Of a stretch of 64,000 bases of DNA, positions 12,960 through 29,197 are shown in pieces. Each line of letters opens with the position of its first letter. Positions within the stretch are counted from its first letter, which is position 1. The notes beneath the pieces are model-generated. The model saw only the letters and a program-made list of their open reading frames with translations. It was not told where the DNA came from and searched no databases. A program made the position numbers and the translations under genes. The stretch is from Chlorokybus atmophyticus (taxonomy: Eukaryota; Plantae; Mesostigma and Chlorokybus algae), in NCBI GenBank assembly GCA_009103225.1, contig RHPI01000026.1:625717-689716 (forward strand), written 5' to 3'.

Positions 12960-15900
12960 AAGAGGATTTCACACTTTAAAAATAACAACGCCATAAGATT
13001 GGAACGGCGACAAGTGCAATTCCATGAAGTAAGCTGACTCGGGGATTGGAGGGCTTATTCATTCAACGGAACATAATTTACCTTCGTCAACTTGAGGAAT
13101 TCTTGCAACAACTTGAAACAGTTATCAACAACTTGAATTACACGGTGCGGTTCCCAAGTATTACGTTCCGGTTCATAACCCTTCCACTTTATGAGCTACT
13201 CGAGATTGCGTTTTTTTCGAGCTCGGCTCGCCAATATGGCCTGTACTTTATAATACATTCCGAGGTCCAATTCAACCACAGGCGGAGGCGGTTGGACCCT
13301 TCCTTTAAAACGGTTATTCTTCAAAAGCGAATCATAAAATACGTCATGTATATCCATGTTCGGCGGCAGTTTTAATTAATATGCCGTGGGCCCAATCTGT
13401 TCCAACACCTCAAATGGCCCAAGCCATCGGAGTGTGAATGCTGATGTGCCCCTTTGTGTAAGCCAAATGTGCTTGGCATTTGGCTTAAACAATTATGCCC
13501 CACTTCACATGCTAAGTCACTTCGCTTTCCTTCCGCATAGAGTTTATGACAGCTTTAAGCTTCATTAAAGGCGTTCTTTAATAACTTTATAGTCCGTTGC
13601 ATCTCTTGCACAAAGGTTACCGCTCTAGCATTCCTTTATGACCTCAGCTTGGATAACTCTGTTTCCGCCGGGCTCATTAGATTTTGTTTTAAAATACATA
13701 TAAATACTGGGGTTACAGGTTGACTTACTAAGCGAATTACTCAGCGCGAATTCTATCCAAGGCAAAATTTACCCTAACCATCTTGCACACTAGTCACAGA
13801 GTGCCAAATGGTTTGTTCAATTACTTGGTTCATTCGTTCGGTTTAACCATCGGTTTGAGGATGATACGCGGTTGATAGCGAGTGTGTCCACAAGGATATG
13901 ATGGGAGTGACGTCATTCCAATGAAATCTTGGTGTTCACTCACAAATGAACTAGTAAACCGCGAATCTCTATCGGATTCCATATGTTTCGGTCTGCTTAC
14001 AGCACCGACGGAAACACTCTCCTAGCTCGCATTGGGAACTTGGAGCGGTTGTAATAACCCACCGGGCTTACTTCGCAACGGCTGATTTCATTTACGCATA
14101 TCACATGACTTCATGAATTCCTCCGTATATATATACCGAATTTTGGCCACCAATAAGTCATACCTTATTGTTCAAAGGTTTGCCGATTTCAAAGTGGCCT
14201 TACGGGGAATCATGCGATTCGGTTAAGCACCTTTTGCTTACATTGCCGGAATTGGGTACCATCACCCTATCATTGCAAGATCAGCATCCGTTCAACTGTT
14301 GAACTTTGGTACCTCCGAATATCGCCTCAACGAAACCCGGGTGTTCAATATAGGCTAACTCATTTCCTTTCTTGAGTCCCAAATCTGACTTAACGGTTTG
14401 TACTTTGGACCACGTTAACCAAAAGTGTGGGGCTTTGACTTAAAGGGTCGGCAGCATTTAATCTATCCAGCCTATATTCCCATTTGAACTTGTATACGTA
14501 TCGCGAGAACAGCTCCATCCAACGAACTTGGCAAACAATAAGTCTAATTAAACTAAGGTTGAGTACTTAAGTGTACCAAGCGGTTATAACCGTAAATTCA
14601 TTTCCCTCCAAGTAACACCGCCACTTGTTTAAAGCTTTCACAACCCCCAACAATTCGTGATCGGATGTTCAATAGTTTTTTTCCATGGGTTTGTATCTGA
14701 AGCTATCAAACACCACTGGATGATTGTTTTGCATAAGAATTGCGTCGGTCCTTATAAGCGAGGCATTGGTAACGATTTCAAATGGCAGCGACATATCGCG
14801 CAAGATTGGAACCGAAGTGAGGGCCTTTTTCAGGTCGGTGAATGCCGTTTGTGCCTTTGCATCCGAGTCATATGGTAACTGTAACGATTATTTGAAAGAT
14901 AGCAAGACTGCAATAATTAAATAAACGAGTACAAATTCATGAAACCATAGGCTAAGGCCTAAATCGTTGCAATTCCTCCAAGTTATTGGGTGTCGGCCAA
15001 TTGATTGCGGCACCAGTTTTCTAGAGATCCGCTCGAACCCCATCGTCATCTGCCAAGTTTCTCAAGTAGTTTACTTTGCGTGTGAAGTGAAGTGAAGAAG
15101 GTACTCCTCTTAAAATTTGCTAAGAATTGGTGCTCTTCCAAACGGTCTAGTACTAACCTAGCATGTGCAATATGCTCTTAACGGTTCTACTGTAAGTCAT
15201 TATATTATCGCATTACACCAAAACCAATTATTCGATATAATCCCTAAACACTTCGGTCATAACTATTAAGAAGGTAGCCGGCGCATTACTTAGGCCGAAT
15301 GGTATCACCCAAAATTGAAAATGATCAAGCGGTGGTAAAAATGCAGTGTTTTGAACATCAACTGGGTCCATCCAGATTTGATGGTAGCCGCTTCAAGCCT
15401 TAACAAGTTGTCAAGTGAAAGATGAAAACCAACCTTTACTTTGCAATCTGTATATAGGTCAATAATTTGAAGTAATGGATACTCATTTTTTACTGTGATA
15501 TTTTGAGTACTTGATAATCCACACACAACCCAAGCCTTTACCTTTGCCGCCACTTTTCTCGTTGAATAATTTGAAAGCCCCAAATGGTGAAGTAGATAGT
15601 TCAATTTATCCTTGTGCCAACAAAGAGGTGATTTGATTTTCCATATATTCCGCCAGGCTTAACCTATACATAGGCCTTATTGCGGGTAACTTGGCACCAG
15701 GTATCAGTGGGATGATGTGGGACGCAAATTGTTCCGGCGATAGGCAAGGTAATGCATTGAAAAAGACATGCTTATATTTGCGAACAATTTGATGCACCAA
15801 TTCCCACTTTATCTCTAATTTGGCTAACTCGTCTTCCTCCATTGTTCCATTGTTCACCGTGGAATTCAAGTATCGAATTAAGATAAGAGAGTTCCGACTC

Positions 15901-16115
15901 TTTCAGAAGCCTCACGATGAGATTGTCTTTTCCTACTAGGTGCATGTCGATATCGCTTTACTCCTTAAGTGATAGTGATACTCGGCAGCATCCTAATCAT
16001 TTTTACCTTTTCTTGCCACTTATCGCCTAAGGTAATGTCCACACCCGATGTAGTCATAGATATTAAGAAGATTCATAATAAGCATGAATTACAGTTTTAG
16101 TATCGAAAAAGATGA
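12960..16115 (-). pseudogene. Gypsy pol remnant: protease, RT, RNase H, integrase with GPF motif, and a chromodomain; many stops and frameshifts
   Basis: Minus-strand motifs: VDITLGDKW (protease); KYKHVF..LP...HIIPLIPGA..RPMYRLS..E (15606-15869); SGYHQI and FGLSNAPATF (RT); RWLGPFEVLEQIGPTAY*LKLPPNMDIHDVFYDSLLK (~13330-13430); YKVQAILASRAR (chromodomain start, ~13100-13260). Confidence 0.85.
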
Positions 16116-16654
16116 TTGAAACTAGGATGGGAGGTAAATGTACCTAAAAAAGTACATTTATCTCGGATTTTATGACGGGTATTGCATGCGGTGTAGACCC
16201 TTAAAAATCAACCCCTTGGAGGGTGGATAGCTTAGGTAGTTAAGTAACCGGCAGAATTATAATAATAGTTAATTAACCCTGAACCTGACCAGGAAAATTC
16301 GTTAACCAGGTAATGGTGCATGGGTTGCGCATTGCACAAGTTGTGCAGGCTGCGTGTGCTGCAAAACTTGCTGTTGTGGTAAGAACTTCTTGTAGTAGCG
16401 AGAGGATCATCATGTCAACTTGTTATCACAGCATCGCACTTGATAAGAATGTGACTTGATTGTGTACATGCATACCACAACCAACCACTTGGCAACTATC
16501 AAGTACTATAGTACACATTGTGCTTGCCAACCGACTATAAAGTTTCTACTTGCGGATAAACTTGGTCAGGCCAGCAACATCAAGCCGCTCTACTCCTCAC
16601 CTACAGAGTGAAGCACACATGTCAACGCACGCATGCATATGCAAGCAAACTTAG

Positions 16655-17062
16655 TCACACACACTTACATGCTGGTCCGGAGAGACCTGCGTTTGCGCTT
16701 TGGGCCAACATCAATGCCCATGATATTCTGTAAGTATGAAAGCGCTTGAAGCATGGGGTCTTACACAAGTGCACGTTGCAATGCTGACACCAGTAGTAGG
16801 TCTTTTTGCCTCTTGCGGGCCGCTCGCCTGGCAGAGAGGTACTGTTGCGTGCATCTGCTGAACACACCAGGCACCATCGCTGCTTAGATGATGGGTGCTT
16901 GTCGGGAAAATGACCACCCCTAAACCTCCCTTGCGGATCCTTGAATGCCGCTTGCTGCCTGTTTGAAACCAACGCATGGTGAGAGAATGAGAGGGGAAGC
17001 AACACGCAGATTTATGCACAAGGACAACAATAGCAGGATAACACAGCTGCACACAAACGCTG

Positions 17063-17094
<32 letters not shown>

Positions 17095-19366
17095 AGACGA
17101 CCACAACAACAACAGCAGGATAACAAAGCTGCACACAACCGCTGGACAACAACAACAAAAAAGACGACCACCACAACAACAGCAGGACAACACAGCTGCA
17201 CACAAACGCTGGACAACAACAACAGCAAAGACGACGACAACAACAACAGCACAGCTGCGCACAGACATTACCTCAATGGCACATCGCCAATAGGTCTTGA
17301 GTCAAGCGTGTTATGCACCAGCTGCTCTTGCAGCTCAAGCACGAACTCCATGCACGTATAGGTGGGGTTGGCATGTGCGAAACACACCCACATGTTAGCC
17401 ACTGCACTATCAAACAGACCCCACCAAGCACGGTGCCACCATTTGACAGAAATGGACTGTTCTGTATTGAGTAGTTGGTCTTTAAACAGTACTTATCGTA
17501 TTGGTCGACAGCGTCCTTGTGTAGATTGTAAACAACAGCATAGTCGGGAGCGGGGACATCAGCTTCTCTACCATCAGATTGCATACGAGACACATTGCCG
17601 TGTGACTCACCATGACATGTGGAAAGAAAGAAGACTGGCTTCTTGTCCTTCCAGCACACTGCAATGAGGCCATCGTGGGGGGCAATAGCAAACCTATGTT
17701 CACCTTGTTCGGCACGGGTATCCAAAGTGATCAAGTGTGAGGGGTACCCAACTCGATTAGCTACTATAGTACCCGTACCGCTATGCCCTTGCATTCGCAG
17801 CCACATTAGTAGTTTAGGTGAGGTGAAGCCACGATCAAGTATAAAGTGGTGATGAACATAAGGCATGGTAATGACTAGTTGTTGTACAACATAAGTGTGA
17901 AGCTCTAAACGCGGGCACTTATCATACACGATAAAATCATAGCAGTAGTAGGTGTCAGAGTCGCAAGCTTGGAAAATCTCAATGCTAAACTTATAAGGCT
18001 TGCTGTGATTATATATGCGGATGGGACACATTTTGTTACGTATGGGAATAGTGCGTTCATCAATAGTAACATTCCTACCAGGCTTATAATACTGCTTGAA
18101 AGTATCGCGAAGTGTGTTGATGATGGCTAATATATGCCATAGCTTATAGTCACTAGTAGTACGACCACTTGGCCGTTGGCTATTATCATTCAAATGAAAA
18201 TAGCATTTGATTTGTTGATAGCGTGTGATACTCATAAACCTCCAAAAGTCAGGAATTATAACTGCCCCCATTAGACCAGTGCGCCAACATGAATGCATGT
18301 CATTCAATGTGTGGCACGCCATGGCAAGTGTCAAGCCAACCTAACGCAAAAGCTCTTGATGTGTTACTGGCAACCACTGACGCCCACCATCTGGATCAGA
18401 AGGACGCTGTTCAGTGGCGTAGAGGTTTGTTTGAACAATGGCATGATTCCAAAAGGTGAGTGAATTGAAAAGGAGCAGCAACTGCAGTGGATTCTTGGAT
18501 GGGAGGTCTTGTATTGCTGGGCCAACATGACCAACAAATCTTTCAGGCTCAAGCCATGACATGACATCATGTTCTCCACCACGCCAACGCACGGCGCGAG
18601 GATCAATGTCACCATGCACACCGTCACTTGAATCTGCAATGTACATATAAACCCTTGTGTTGACAACTTGTACAACACCCTGTAAGGACATACAAGCATG
18701 CACACGCACACGCATACCTTGCAGTAGATCCTCCTCATCAGAACTTGACCCCGACACACCAGAAACTTCATCCTCAGACTCGAGGGGTTGGCGAATAGAA
18801 GTCCGCACCCTTGCGCGTATACGTCCGCCACCCCTGCCAGGAGGACGACCGGGTCCTCGCTGGCTGATGCCACGTCCTCTACTGCCTCTTCCCCTCCCTC
18901 TCCGTCTCCCTCTCCCTCTCCCTCCACCTCCCAACTCTGCTTGCCCTCTATCCTCCTCACTGCCGTCGTCTTCACCGCTCTCTACACTCTCATCCATTGC
19001 AGGAGGTGTCTCCTCCATAAGCTCCTTCTCATTGTGAACTGCTCCTCCCTCTCCATGCGCCAGCGGCAGCAGATACTCCTCAACTACTGCTGCACCTAGT
19101 ATAGTAACTAAGCTATCATAGTCAAAACTACACTCCCACTTATCCCTCTCCTCTCTTACTCCCTCCTTGAACCCCACCACCGCACCATCCAACAGAGTCG
19201 ACTGCCAAGCAGCCCGAAACTCTGCTTTCGCCCATGCCACAGACCAATATGTGGCTGGGACTTTGAGTTTGCGGCCTACCCAACCTCTAGCACCCAGCCC
19301 CTCCCCAACCTCCCTCGGCGCCGCCGTCGCGCCCCTCGCCACACCCCTCGCCGTTTCCCTCGCCAT
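16655..19366 (-). pseudogene. piggyBac transposase (DDE_Tnp_1_7 type) with introns, one stop and one frameshift; C-terminal Cys-rich domain
   Basis: NPLQLLLLF...IVQTNLYA; MSITRYQQIKCYFH; the catalytic triad contexts TIDE, ILDRGFTS and AVDQYD; KWWHRAWWGLFDSAVAN after a frameshift; C-terminal WCLVC...WCQHCNVHLCKTPCFKRFH. GT-AG introns at ~18740-18640 and ~17270-16960. Confidence 0.92.
17020..17255. repeat. CAA-rich minisatellite within the piggyBac transposase intron
   Basis: Three to four imperfect units of (agcagga)taacacagctgcacacaaacgctg(g)acaacaacaac... interleaved with (CAA)n. Confidence 0.8.
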
Positions 19367-21132
19367 CACCGCTGCGCTGCTAGCAGAGGCGGCCGCCAGG
19401 CCTTGTGTTTTCGCCAACTTACCTGCCAAAACACACCTCAAAGTCACAACTTAGTTCGATAGGTACAGCAGCAAAAAGAGCCCTAAAAGTCACAACATCT
19501 GGGGCGTTTTGTGCAGCTTGACGGCTACTTTAAAAATATATAACTTTTAGCACAATGGGCTAAGAATTATAAAACTACTTTTACGACGTGCTGCTTAAAA
19601 ATTGCAACAACTTGATATAGGCTGTGCTATCTACTTCAGCTTGGTTAAACTAATAGATTGTGGCCAAACAGAGGCGATTTTCTCTACCCTTTTAAGTACA
19701 AGTACTTTTTTAGTACAGTTCCCAACCTAGTGTTAAGAAGTCGTCAACTGTTATTTCTCAATAACCCATATTTGGCGATTGCCTCCAAGTTGCCTGTTGA
19801 GATATGAGTCTGTTGCTCGGGAGTTACGTCCAGTCTTTCGGGGCCCTTCTTACGTTGGGGCCTTTTCGTTGCCATGGCCATTAATGGGATAGCCGGCTTC
19901 GACTTCTCATCTTCGGATTTACTTTAGGAAGACTCTTCTAAAGTATCCGCCCGATTAACCGTTAAAGTCGGTTTTGATCATGGCGGTATCACTTTTGGGT
20001 TCGCAGGTACTTCATCATCCGAAGAGTCTTCAGAGTTTGAAGAATCTTGATTCACCGTGTGGTCGAGGGTAGCTACTCCCCAATACGGTTGCTCATCCTT
20101 GAATTTAGACGAAGTCCGACCCGAAACATATCCCCAACTAAATATCCGCTCCCTTGCGTGAAGCCTATAGTTGTGGAGGGGACTCCTTTCGCGAGTATGC
20201 CGCTAGGGTACCTATCGGGCTTACCCCACTTGATATCCGTTTCGGCTTTTGCGTTAGCTATATTTAAGGCCAACTTTGTATTTGTGGAAGCGTAAAAGGA
20301 TGTTAAGCCTTTAAATCAAATCTGTGCTCCGAGTCCAACGTAACGAGTGCCCTTGTTCTTACCTCCCTGTGACTCACTCGGACGGCAAAGGGTCCGTTAG
20401 ATCACTTATACACGTAGTATCAACTTTGTTTATGCCGAATGACATCATTCGGCGAACCACAATTTCGGACTTGGGCTCCGCTAATTTTAAATTGATTCTC
20501 GACTTTGCGTTTCTTCCGCCAAGACCTATCTCAGGTTCACTTTCCCAACTCAATAGTTCAGCTAGCGACTTCGCCGGGGACTATTCTTGCCTCGGTAAAC
20601 TATTAACTTCGGTTAAGGACGGTGCGGTGAGGCACCCAAGTGTGGGAGGGAAAAGGAGAACTACCAGCCAACTCTTTTTGTTTCCCCCAACATCACATTC
20701 GATAAAAATCATTCAACGTAGTCAAGCAAGGTGGCATGTTTTAAGCCGGTCCAACCGGCTTAAACGCAAGTCGCCAAACCCGCATGACTTTTCAATTTGC
20801 ATAAACCTACATGCGGTCATAGGAATCGGCGGATGCCTTGGCCTACATGCAAGTAGCATTCAAATAGCCAATCACTTACGAATTTTTACGACGTCGAAAC
20901 TGAGTGTTCTTACATGCATGCCAAGTGGGAGTCAAAGAAAGTTTGCGACCTCGCAAAGCTAGCCTTGCTCGCACGCTCTCTTCTATGGCCGCGGATTCCC
21001 ATAGCCGCAAGGGACTTTGTAATTCTAAATACTCGGCCCCTAGATAATGATTGATTGACTCACTTTGATTCAACATATGATGCGATTAACCTTGCTCCCT
21101 TAGATTTATTGTTAGTCCCAAATCCTTATGGG

Positions 21133-23306
<2,174 letters not shown>

Positions 23307-24089
23307 AGAGGATCCTTTGCTGGCTCCTTCCAACAATTCCACACCATAAAGCTTGCACATATGTAATATGCTTCGCAATGCGCCTTTGCATAGATGTGTC
23401 ATGAGAGTTTCACCTTATGCAGCGCTTTGACACCTCCAACACCGTGCACCTTCTTGGTTCTCAATTGAGGTCCTCGGAAAGACCTTCTCTGTCATTAATA
23501 ACAAGACAATGATGCAATTACGTGCCTCTGCTTCTCAGAAGGTGAGCTGAATCACATCAACCGAACTAGGTCTATCTTAAGCTGTCCTTAATTTCGATTC
23601 GGCAACAAGGCTTATTACTTATAGCAGAGGACCGCCCAAGATAGGCCCACACTTATTTATTCGGTCAAGTGCCTTTGCACGATTTAACAGCTTCCCATTC
23701 ACCCAAATATTTACTCCATAATACATATTTACACCCAACCAACGCTCTATGGGTAGTTTGCGCTTGACTCACTATCGTATTTATGGATGACAGTCGTAGC
23801 AGGTTGATACCTACTTAGGTTAATACCGCAAAAAGTGTTTCTGCCATCATGCGTGAGTTCGCTCACGTGTAGTGTCTCATTTTTCACTCTCAGTTGCAAG
23901 TCCCTACTATGGACTTAAGCGCTTCTCGCGCGCTTGGAGTTAACCACTTAGTTAGTGATGTTATAATTATCAACATCAATCAACCCATTTATTCATCATT
24001 TACAGACTGCATATAGCTTAAGACTAGCTTCGTAACAATATGAGCCCTAATTACTGTGAGTTGCCATTGGAAGTGGCAGTTGCAAGATA

Positions 24090-24850
24090 GTGAGCCAAGT
24101 TGGCAAACCACAAGTTGTGTATTATGCTGGTGCCGTTTGCCATGGATGTTACAGGTTTAAGGCAAATGGTGCATGTGGGCAACCCGTAAGTACGTGTGTA
24201 CTAGGGGAAGCTCTGGAGCTTAACTTCAAAGTCCTGAGGCATAACTGCTATCTCCTGCATAAACCCGAGGTTGTTGATACTCCCGAGGTAGAGTTTGTTG
24301 TAACATCTATATTAAGTTTGTTGGTTCTCATGTTACAACAAAGTCAGCGCGCAATGATGGCACACAATAACCAAGACCCAGGTGGCCTTGAATATTATGT
24401 GCCAGGTCGGGAGAGCAGCATGTGGTATAAAAGGCTAGGTTGCATCCTTGAGTTGGGACCGAGACAACACTGTGTGTTTGCCTTACACAAGGGCCACTTG
24501 TGCGTGGGGTGCGCAATTGTTATTTATTGAACAGGTCCCTCATTCCCCGAAGGGGCTCCCCCTCATCCTTTATGGGGTGGGGTGTTGTGTTACATTAGGT
24601 GTGTTGTAACGTGTGTGTGCCTGGGGCTGGAGCTGAAGAGTGAGGTCCGTGGTCATCCTCTCCTCCCTTAATGCTAAGCGGCTATTTCCCCTGTAAGGCC
24701 GCCTCGCAGGAGAACCCGAGGTGCTGCACAGATGGCATAAAGGGACTTCCTTATAAAGTCTTTGATGCTTGTGGTTAATTTTGCCGAGCCCACCTACGGG
24801 TAAGTGGATGGTATTGTTACATTTCTTCTTCTCCTTTTCTTCGCTCACCT
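24090..24850 (-). pseudogene. Highly degenerate remnant of an older Gypsy element (gag knuckle-like and RT-connection/RNase H-like fragments)
   Basis: Minus-strand fragments: CHLCSTSGSPARR (knuckle-like); PDLAHNIQGHLGLGYC (compare PTDLTRLRAFLGLANYY); QLCLRTLKLSSRASPSTHVLTGCPHAPFALNL*HPWQ (compare QAFEELKSRLTSAPILQRPDYAKPFILHTDW). Confidence 0.4.
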
Positions 24851-25299
24851 CTGCTTATCAATTTCCTCTCTTCTCCTGTTCTTTCTTCATAGCTACCACT
24901 TGCAAGCTTGCTAACTGTTTGTTTACCGTGTCTATTAGATCAGCATGTACTGTTGAATTCTTGCACTTGTTCTTTGATATTGTTACGCCATATTGGGTCC
25001 GCAAGATGGTAACATATCACCACATCTCAATGGTAAAAGGGAGGTGATCATAAATTCGCCAACTACAAGACTACAAATGCCCTCATGCTACTGGTTGTGG
25101 TGCCATTGTGAGTGTATCAGGATTACTCGCAATTTCATTGCACAAGTGTATAAATGATGTAAGCCAATTGACTTGCAAGCACTTTTTGTCAACAACCAAC
25201 CACCTCTTATCAGCTAATTAATTGCAATAGTCTGCTATATCTGTACACACATGCCAAGCAGTGTTTGTAACCACCAACGGTAGCATGTATTACTGCATG

Positions 25300-25966
25300 T
25301 CCGTATGCCAACAACAGTTGCATGTGAAAGCGCACAGGCTGCTGATTATGTGCATATGACATCTTAGCCATGTGCCTTTGTGCATTGCATAATATGTTGA
25401 CAACAATCACTTTAGACTTCCTTTTTACATCGCAGACCGCTACACAGTCAAATACGATATAATTAAAGTCCAACCACACATATTGTCTATTTTTACCTAT
25501 CGCCCGGCTGCCTACCCGGTACTCGATGCTAAATTGCAACTATTTGGTTTTATGCACGCCGCGGCAACAACCCGCCGTGACATCAAGGCACATATAGTAC
25601 AATAAAACTGGCCTTTCAACCCCATTTGCTACACTTATACGCACAGAGACACACATGTAGACACTCCTAACAGCGGGTGTAGACGGGGCAGCCGCCCGCC
25701 GGACAATGTAATGGACAGCTCACTGGCTTGGTGAGTGCAGTTGAGTTGGCAGTCTGTCGACGCACATAAAGAGGATGTTTCACCCAACATCTAGAAAGAG
25801 TGAGTGAGAGACACGTGCAACACTTACATCAATGCCTGCGGGTGATGGACACGCCGTCCCGCCGCCCGCTACATCATTCTACAATCAGAGCATAACAGTC
25901 AGAGAGCGAACTTGCAACTGCCAGGCATTAGCAAACCTTTCAGCATGTTGTGAAACGCATGACAAT

Positions 25967-25998
<32 letters not shown>

Positions 25999-28900
25999 CG
26001 AAGTGTACTCACCCCGCCGGGATAAAAGTCCCCGATTTCCGCTACATTGCGGTTGGGTCCCTTCCCAAACGTGCAATAGTTAAAAGCTGAGCGGCCGTGA
26101 AAGTACGTATTGACACCGCCGCCCACACCGCCAGCGCTGCCAGGCAGGCCAATGCAGCCGTGTATCACAGCCCTGAAGTTGCAAAAGTGTGTGTGCGCGC
26201 GCGCGTGCGTGCGTGCATGTGCGTACAGGTGTGCATGTGCGTGCGCGTGTTTGCGAGTCTCACTGGGTGTCCAATTGCTGAGCGGTTACTGTTGGCTTAC
26301 TTGTTGCGGAAGAAAGAACATCTGTTGAAGCGTGCAAAGGCGCCGTATCGGTTAAAGTCACCAACATAAACACCAGCGCCGCTCTAGGTGCAATGCAATT
26401 CCGTATTTGTAAAGTCACCAACACTAAGCTTCCAGCAAATACAACATACACAGCAGCGTGCGCGCATGTGCATGTGTGCGTGTGTGGAAGTATTTGCCAA
26501 ATGACGCCATCCCATGCCATGCACAGCTTGCAACACACTTACATACGCAACATTGTCCTGGAACGTGACATCAGTAGCGAATAAGTTGCCTATGGAGACG
26601 TACACAGCACCACCGTAGAAGCTATTCTGTCGCACACACAAACACACGCACATTAGTCAGTAACACGGGCGCACAAGCGTAGCAGAAGCCTTGTCATGTC
26701 ATGCACGAGTGCACACAGAAACCACTTACGCATATCCCGCCAGTGTTGGTGTTGGCTCCCTGTAAGACAAGGTTTGACAGCGAGAGCGAGCCGCCCGTCT
26801 GGACAATAATGTTGCCCTGTTGGTTGCCGTCGAGAGTCTTCCTCGCACCGCACCCGCGTATGAGCACGCTGCGCGTGACTTTGAGAGGGCAACATGTTGG
26901 GCAAGGCAAACCGTCGCATGACTTGTCGACACAACATTTGGGCCAGGTGATGTCTTGAGCAACATTCACCACACGGTGACGGCAGCCAGCTGGCGGAGGT
27001 GTTTCTACTGCATGCTTGAGTTCTTTAAAGGTCCTCACCACAACTGCAAGGTCAAGGATTGTCACACTTGTTGTGTGATTTTGTGTGTGTGTGTGTGTGT
27101 GTTGGTGTGAGAGCGTTGGGTGGATGTGGCGATGTACACCTACCTCCGCAACCTGCCGTAGTTGCACGCCAAGTAGAGATGCGATGGTTGTTTGCACACA
27201 GACGACATGCGTGAGTTGTCATTCACCATGACAACTAGTGAGCGTGCGTGTGCGTGTGCGTGTATGTGTCCTCATACTTTGTGTTGTTGGCTGGCATGCG
27301 GATGGACCGCAGATGGTTGCCGGGTCGACGTGTCCACCGATGGTACTCCACGCAACAAAGTTTTCTGCTGTTATGCTGAAGTTTCTGCTGTTGGACTGCA
27401 GGCTTCCAGCAAACGTCACTGCCAGGAGTAGAATGCGGTTATGATATGCTTCCAACCAAACCAGCTTAGACTTGTGTGCAACACACATGGCAACCAGCTG
27501 CTCACCAGTAAATGTAGCCTTCAAGCCGTTAGCGGGGAAACCAAAGTTCCATTGGAACAAGTAGGAGGAGCCTATCTTGACAATTTGCACAGGCGGATTG
27601 CTGCTTGCAAGGCCTGCACACATACGCACTGGTATTAGCCATTTGCTCTTCGTATGCTGTTAGCCATTTGCTCTTTATATGCTTTCAAACACACACAAGA
27701 AAACTTTCATAGACAGACACATATATGCTCACATGCACGCACGCACAACAACTTGTACACACACGCACACGCACACGCACATACCCTTTGGTCCCCACTC
27801 AGGCAAGCGTCCATTGGCCAAGCAGTCTGGGATTGAGATGGCGAAGCTGGTCAGGCGCGTGGGAAACTGCGTGGTCTTGCGCGTGACAGTGTAAGCAAAA
27901 GTGGTCTTGCCGCCAGTCTGAGTCACTTGAGACTGGATTGTGTAGGCACTGGTTGTCACCTTAGAGCTGCAGACTGCAAATTAATACTAATATTTGGTGC
28001 AGTGTAAAACCGAGTACGAAGGTTTGTATGCACATGTCCGCAATGCGTGTGTGCACGCACGCGTGTGCCATGCCGGCTTCTGTGGTGTTTTTTTTGCGTT
28101 CACACAAGCATTACATGATGATTGCATTACAGCAGAATAAGGTGATTGTACTGTAATAGTACTGTAAGCCTACCCCCGCTTGCTGGCGCAGTTGCATGCC
28201 GAGCAGAGATGCTGACGTCACCTGCGCTGCATGTGGTTGCGATGGCCGGCAGCAATATCAACGCCAAGCCTGGTGCACTTGCCATGTTGGAGCTGCATGT
28301 TGGAGATATGCCATCAGTAATCAGTGACTTCACACATTGCAATGCTACCATAAACGATCCCAACTTCAAGTCGTGTGCATGCAGAAGGACAGCTGGCAAC
28401 GATCTGAGTGTAAGACGCTTGCATGCAGTAGAATTCGTTTGGCCCAAACAGCAATAAATTAAGCAGGCTGCAAGCATGCACGCAATCACATGCGTGCTTG
28501 CTTGCTAGCGCATTGACAGCAGTGCAGGCAGCCTGCCAGTCAAATCACAGCACGTCGTACTCAAAACCATTTGAGTACAGGCAAGGAAATCAACCGTCGT
28601 TGTCAACCACGACCAAAGCAAGCCAACACAACATACACAGCTGAACTCAGCCACCACAGCAAGGCGGTCAGTCAGCAGCAAGCAAGCAAGCAGGTAGGCA
28701 GGCAGCGCAACTGACCACACAATTGGTCAGTGCAGTCCACACACAGCAGCGACATAATTGTAGTTATAGTTATAAGGAGCTGAAGTAAGCATCATTCAGT
28801 AAGCATGCAAGCAAGCAAGCAAGCAGTGGCGCACGTACAAGTGTGCACATAGCTTCAAGCTGATCATCTGCGAATTACCACTGGTGCTTCGCCGCCGCAG

Positions 28901-29197
28901 CAGCAAGCAAACACCTGTGAACACGACAACTACATCGCAAAATCGCAGGCACTGTGTTGTTTGAGCTGCAAGCTTTGGCTGCAGCAGCACAGCGCGTGCT
29001 GCTCCACTGCACTCGGTTGAACCTGCTTACACTAGCGCACAACTCGCAACGTTTAACCGTGTTGTTGCGGCATTTGCCGTGAGACGGATTGACTGATATT
29101 GGTTTAACCTGATAGCGTGCTTGGCAAGCGGCTGCGCAGCTGCATGCTGAGCAGTGCTTGCGTGTCTGCTGCCTGACAGGAGCATCTGTCAGCACGG
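25300..29197. repeat. Segmental direct duplication, copy B (pairs with ~6190-10168)
   Basis: Colinear with copy A; see that entry. Confidence 0.9.
25667..28285 (-). CDS. Secreted GGA(V)/FxxN beta-helix protein, copy B (paralogue of 6522-9232)
   Basis: MASAPGLALILLPAIATTCSAGD signal-like start; the same exon series (TTSAYTIQSQVTQTGG..PEWGPK; GLASSNPPVQIVK; VRTFKELKHAV...; GGAVYVSIGNLFATDVTFQDNVA; GGVGGGV...); ends GGCPVYTRC* (TAG 25667-25669). Confidence 0.7.

Larger units (their letters stand above)
16120..19732 (-). mobile_element. piggyBac-family DNA transposon inserted in the chromovirus gag-protease region
   Basis: Right end is TTAA (19733-19736), reading inward CACTAGGTTGGGAACTGTACTAAAAAAGTAC. 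Left end is TTGA (16116-16119) followed by AACTAGGATGGGA....TGTACCTAAAAAAGTAC, a degenerate TIR and TSD. A transposase lies inside. Confidence 0.8.

Noticed and set aside
17020-17255. Regularly spaced repeats resembling a CRISPR array
   Set aside because: The units are degenerate, the spacers are (CAA)n, the array is inside a eukaryotic intron, and there are no cas genes.
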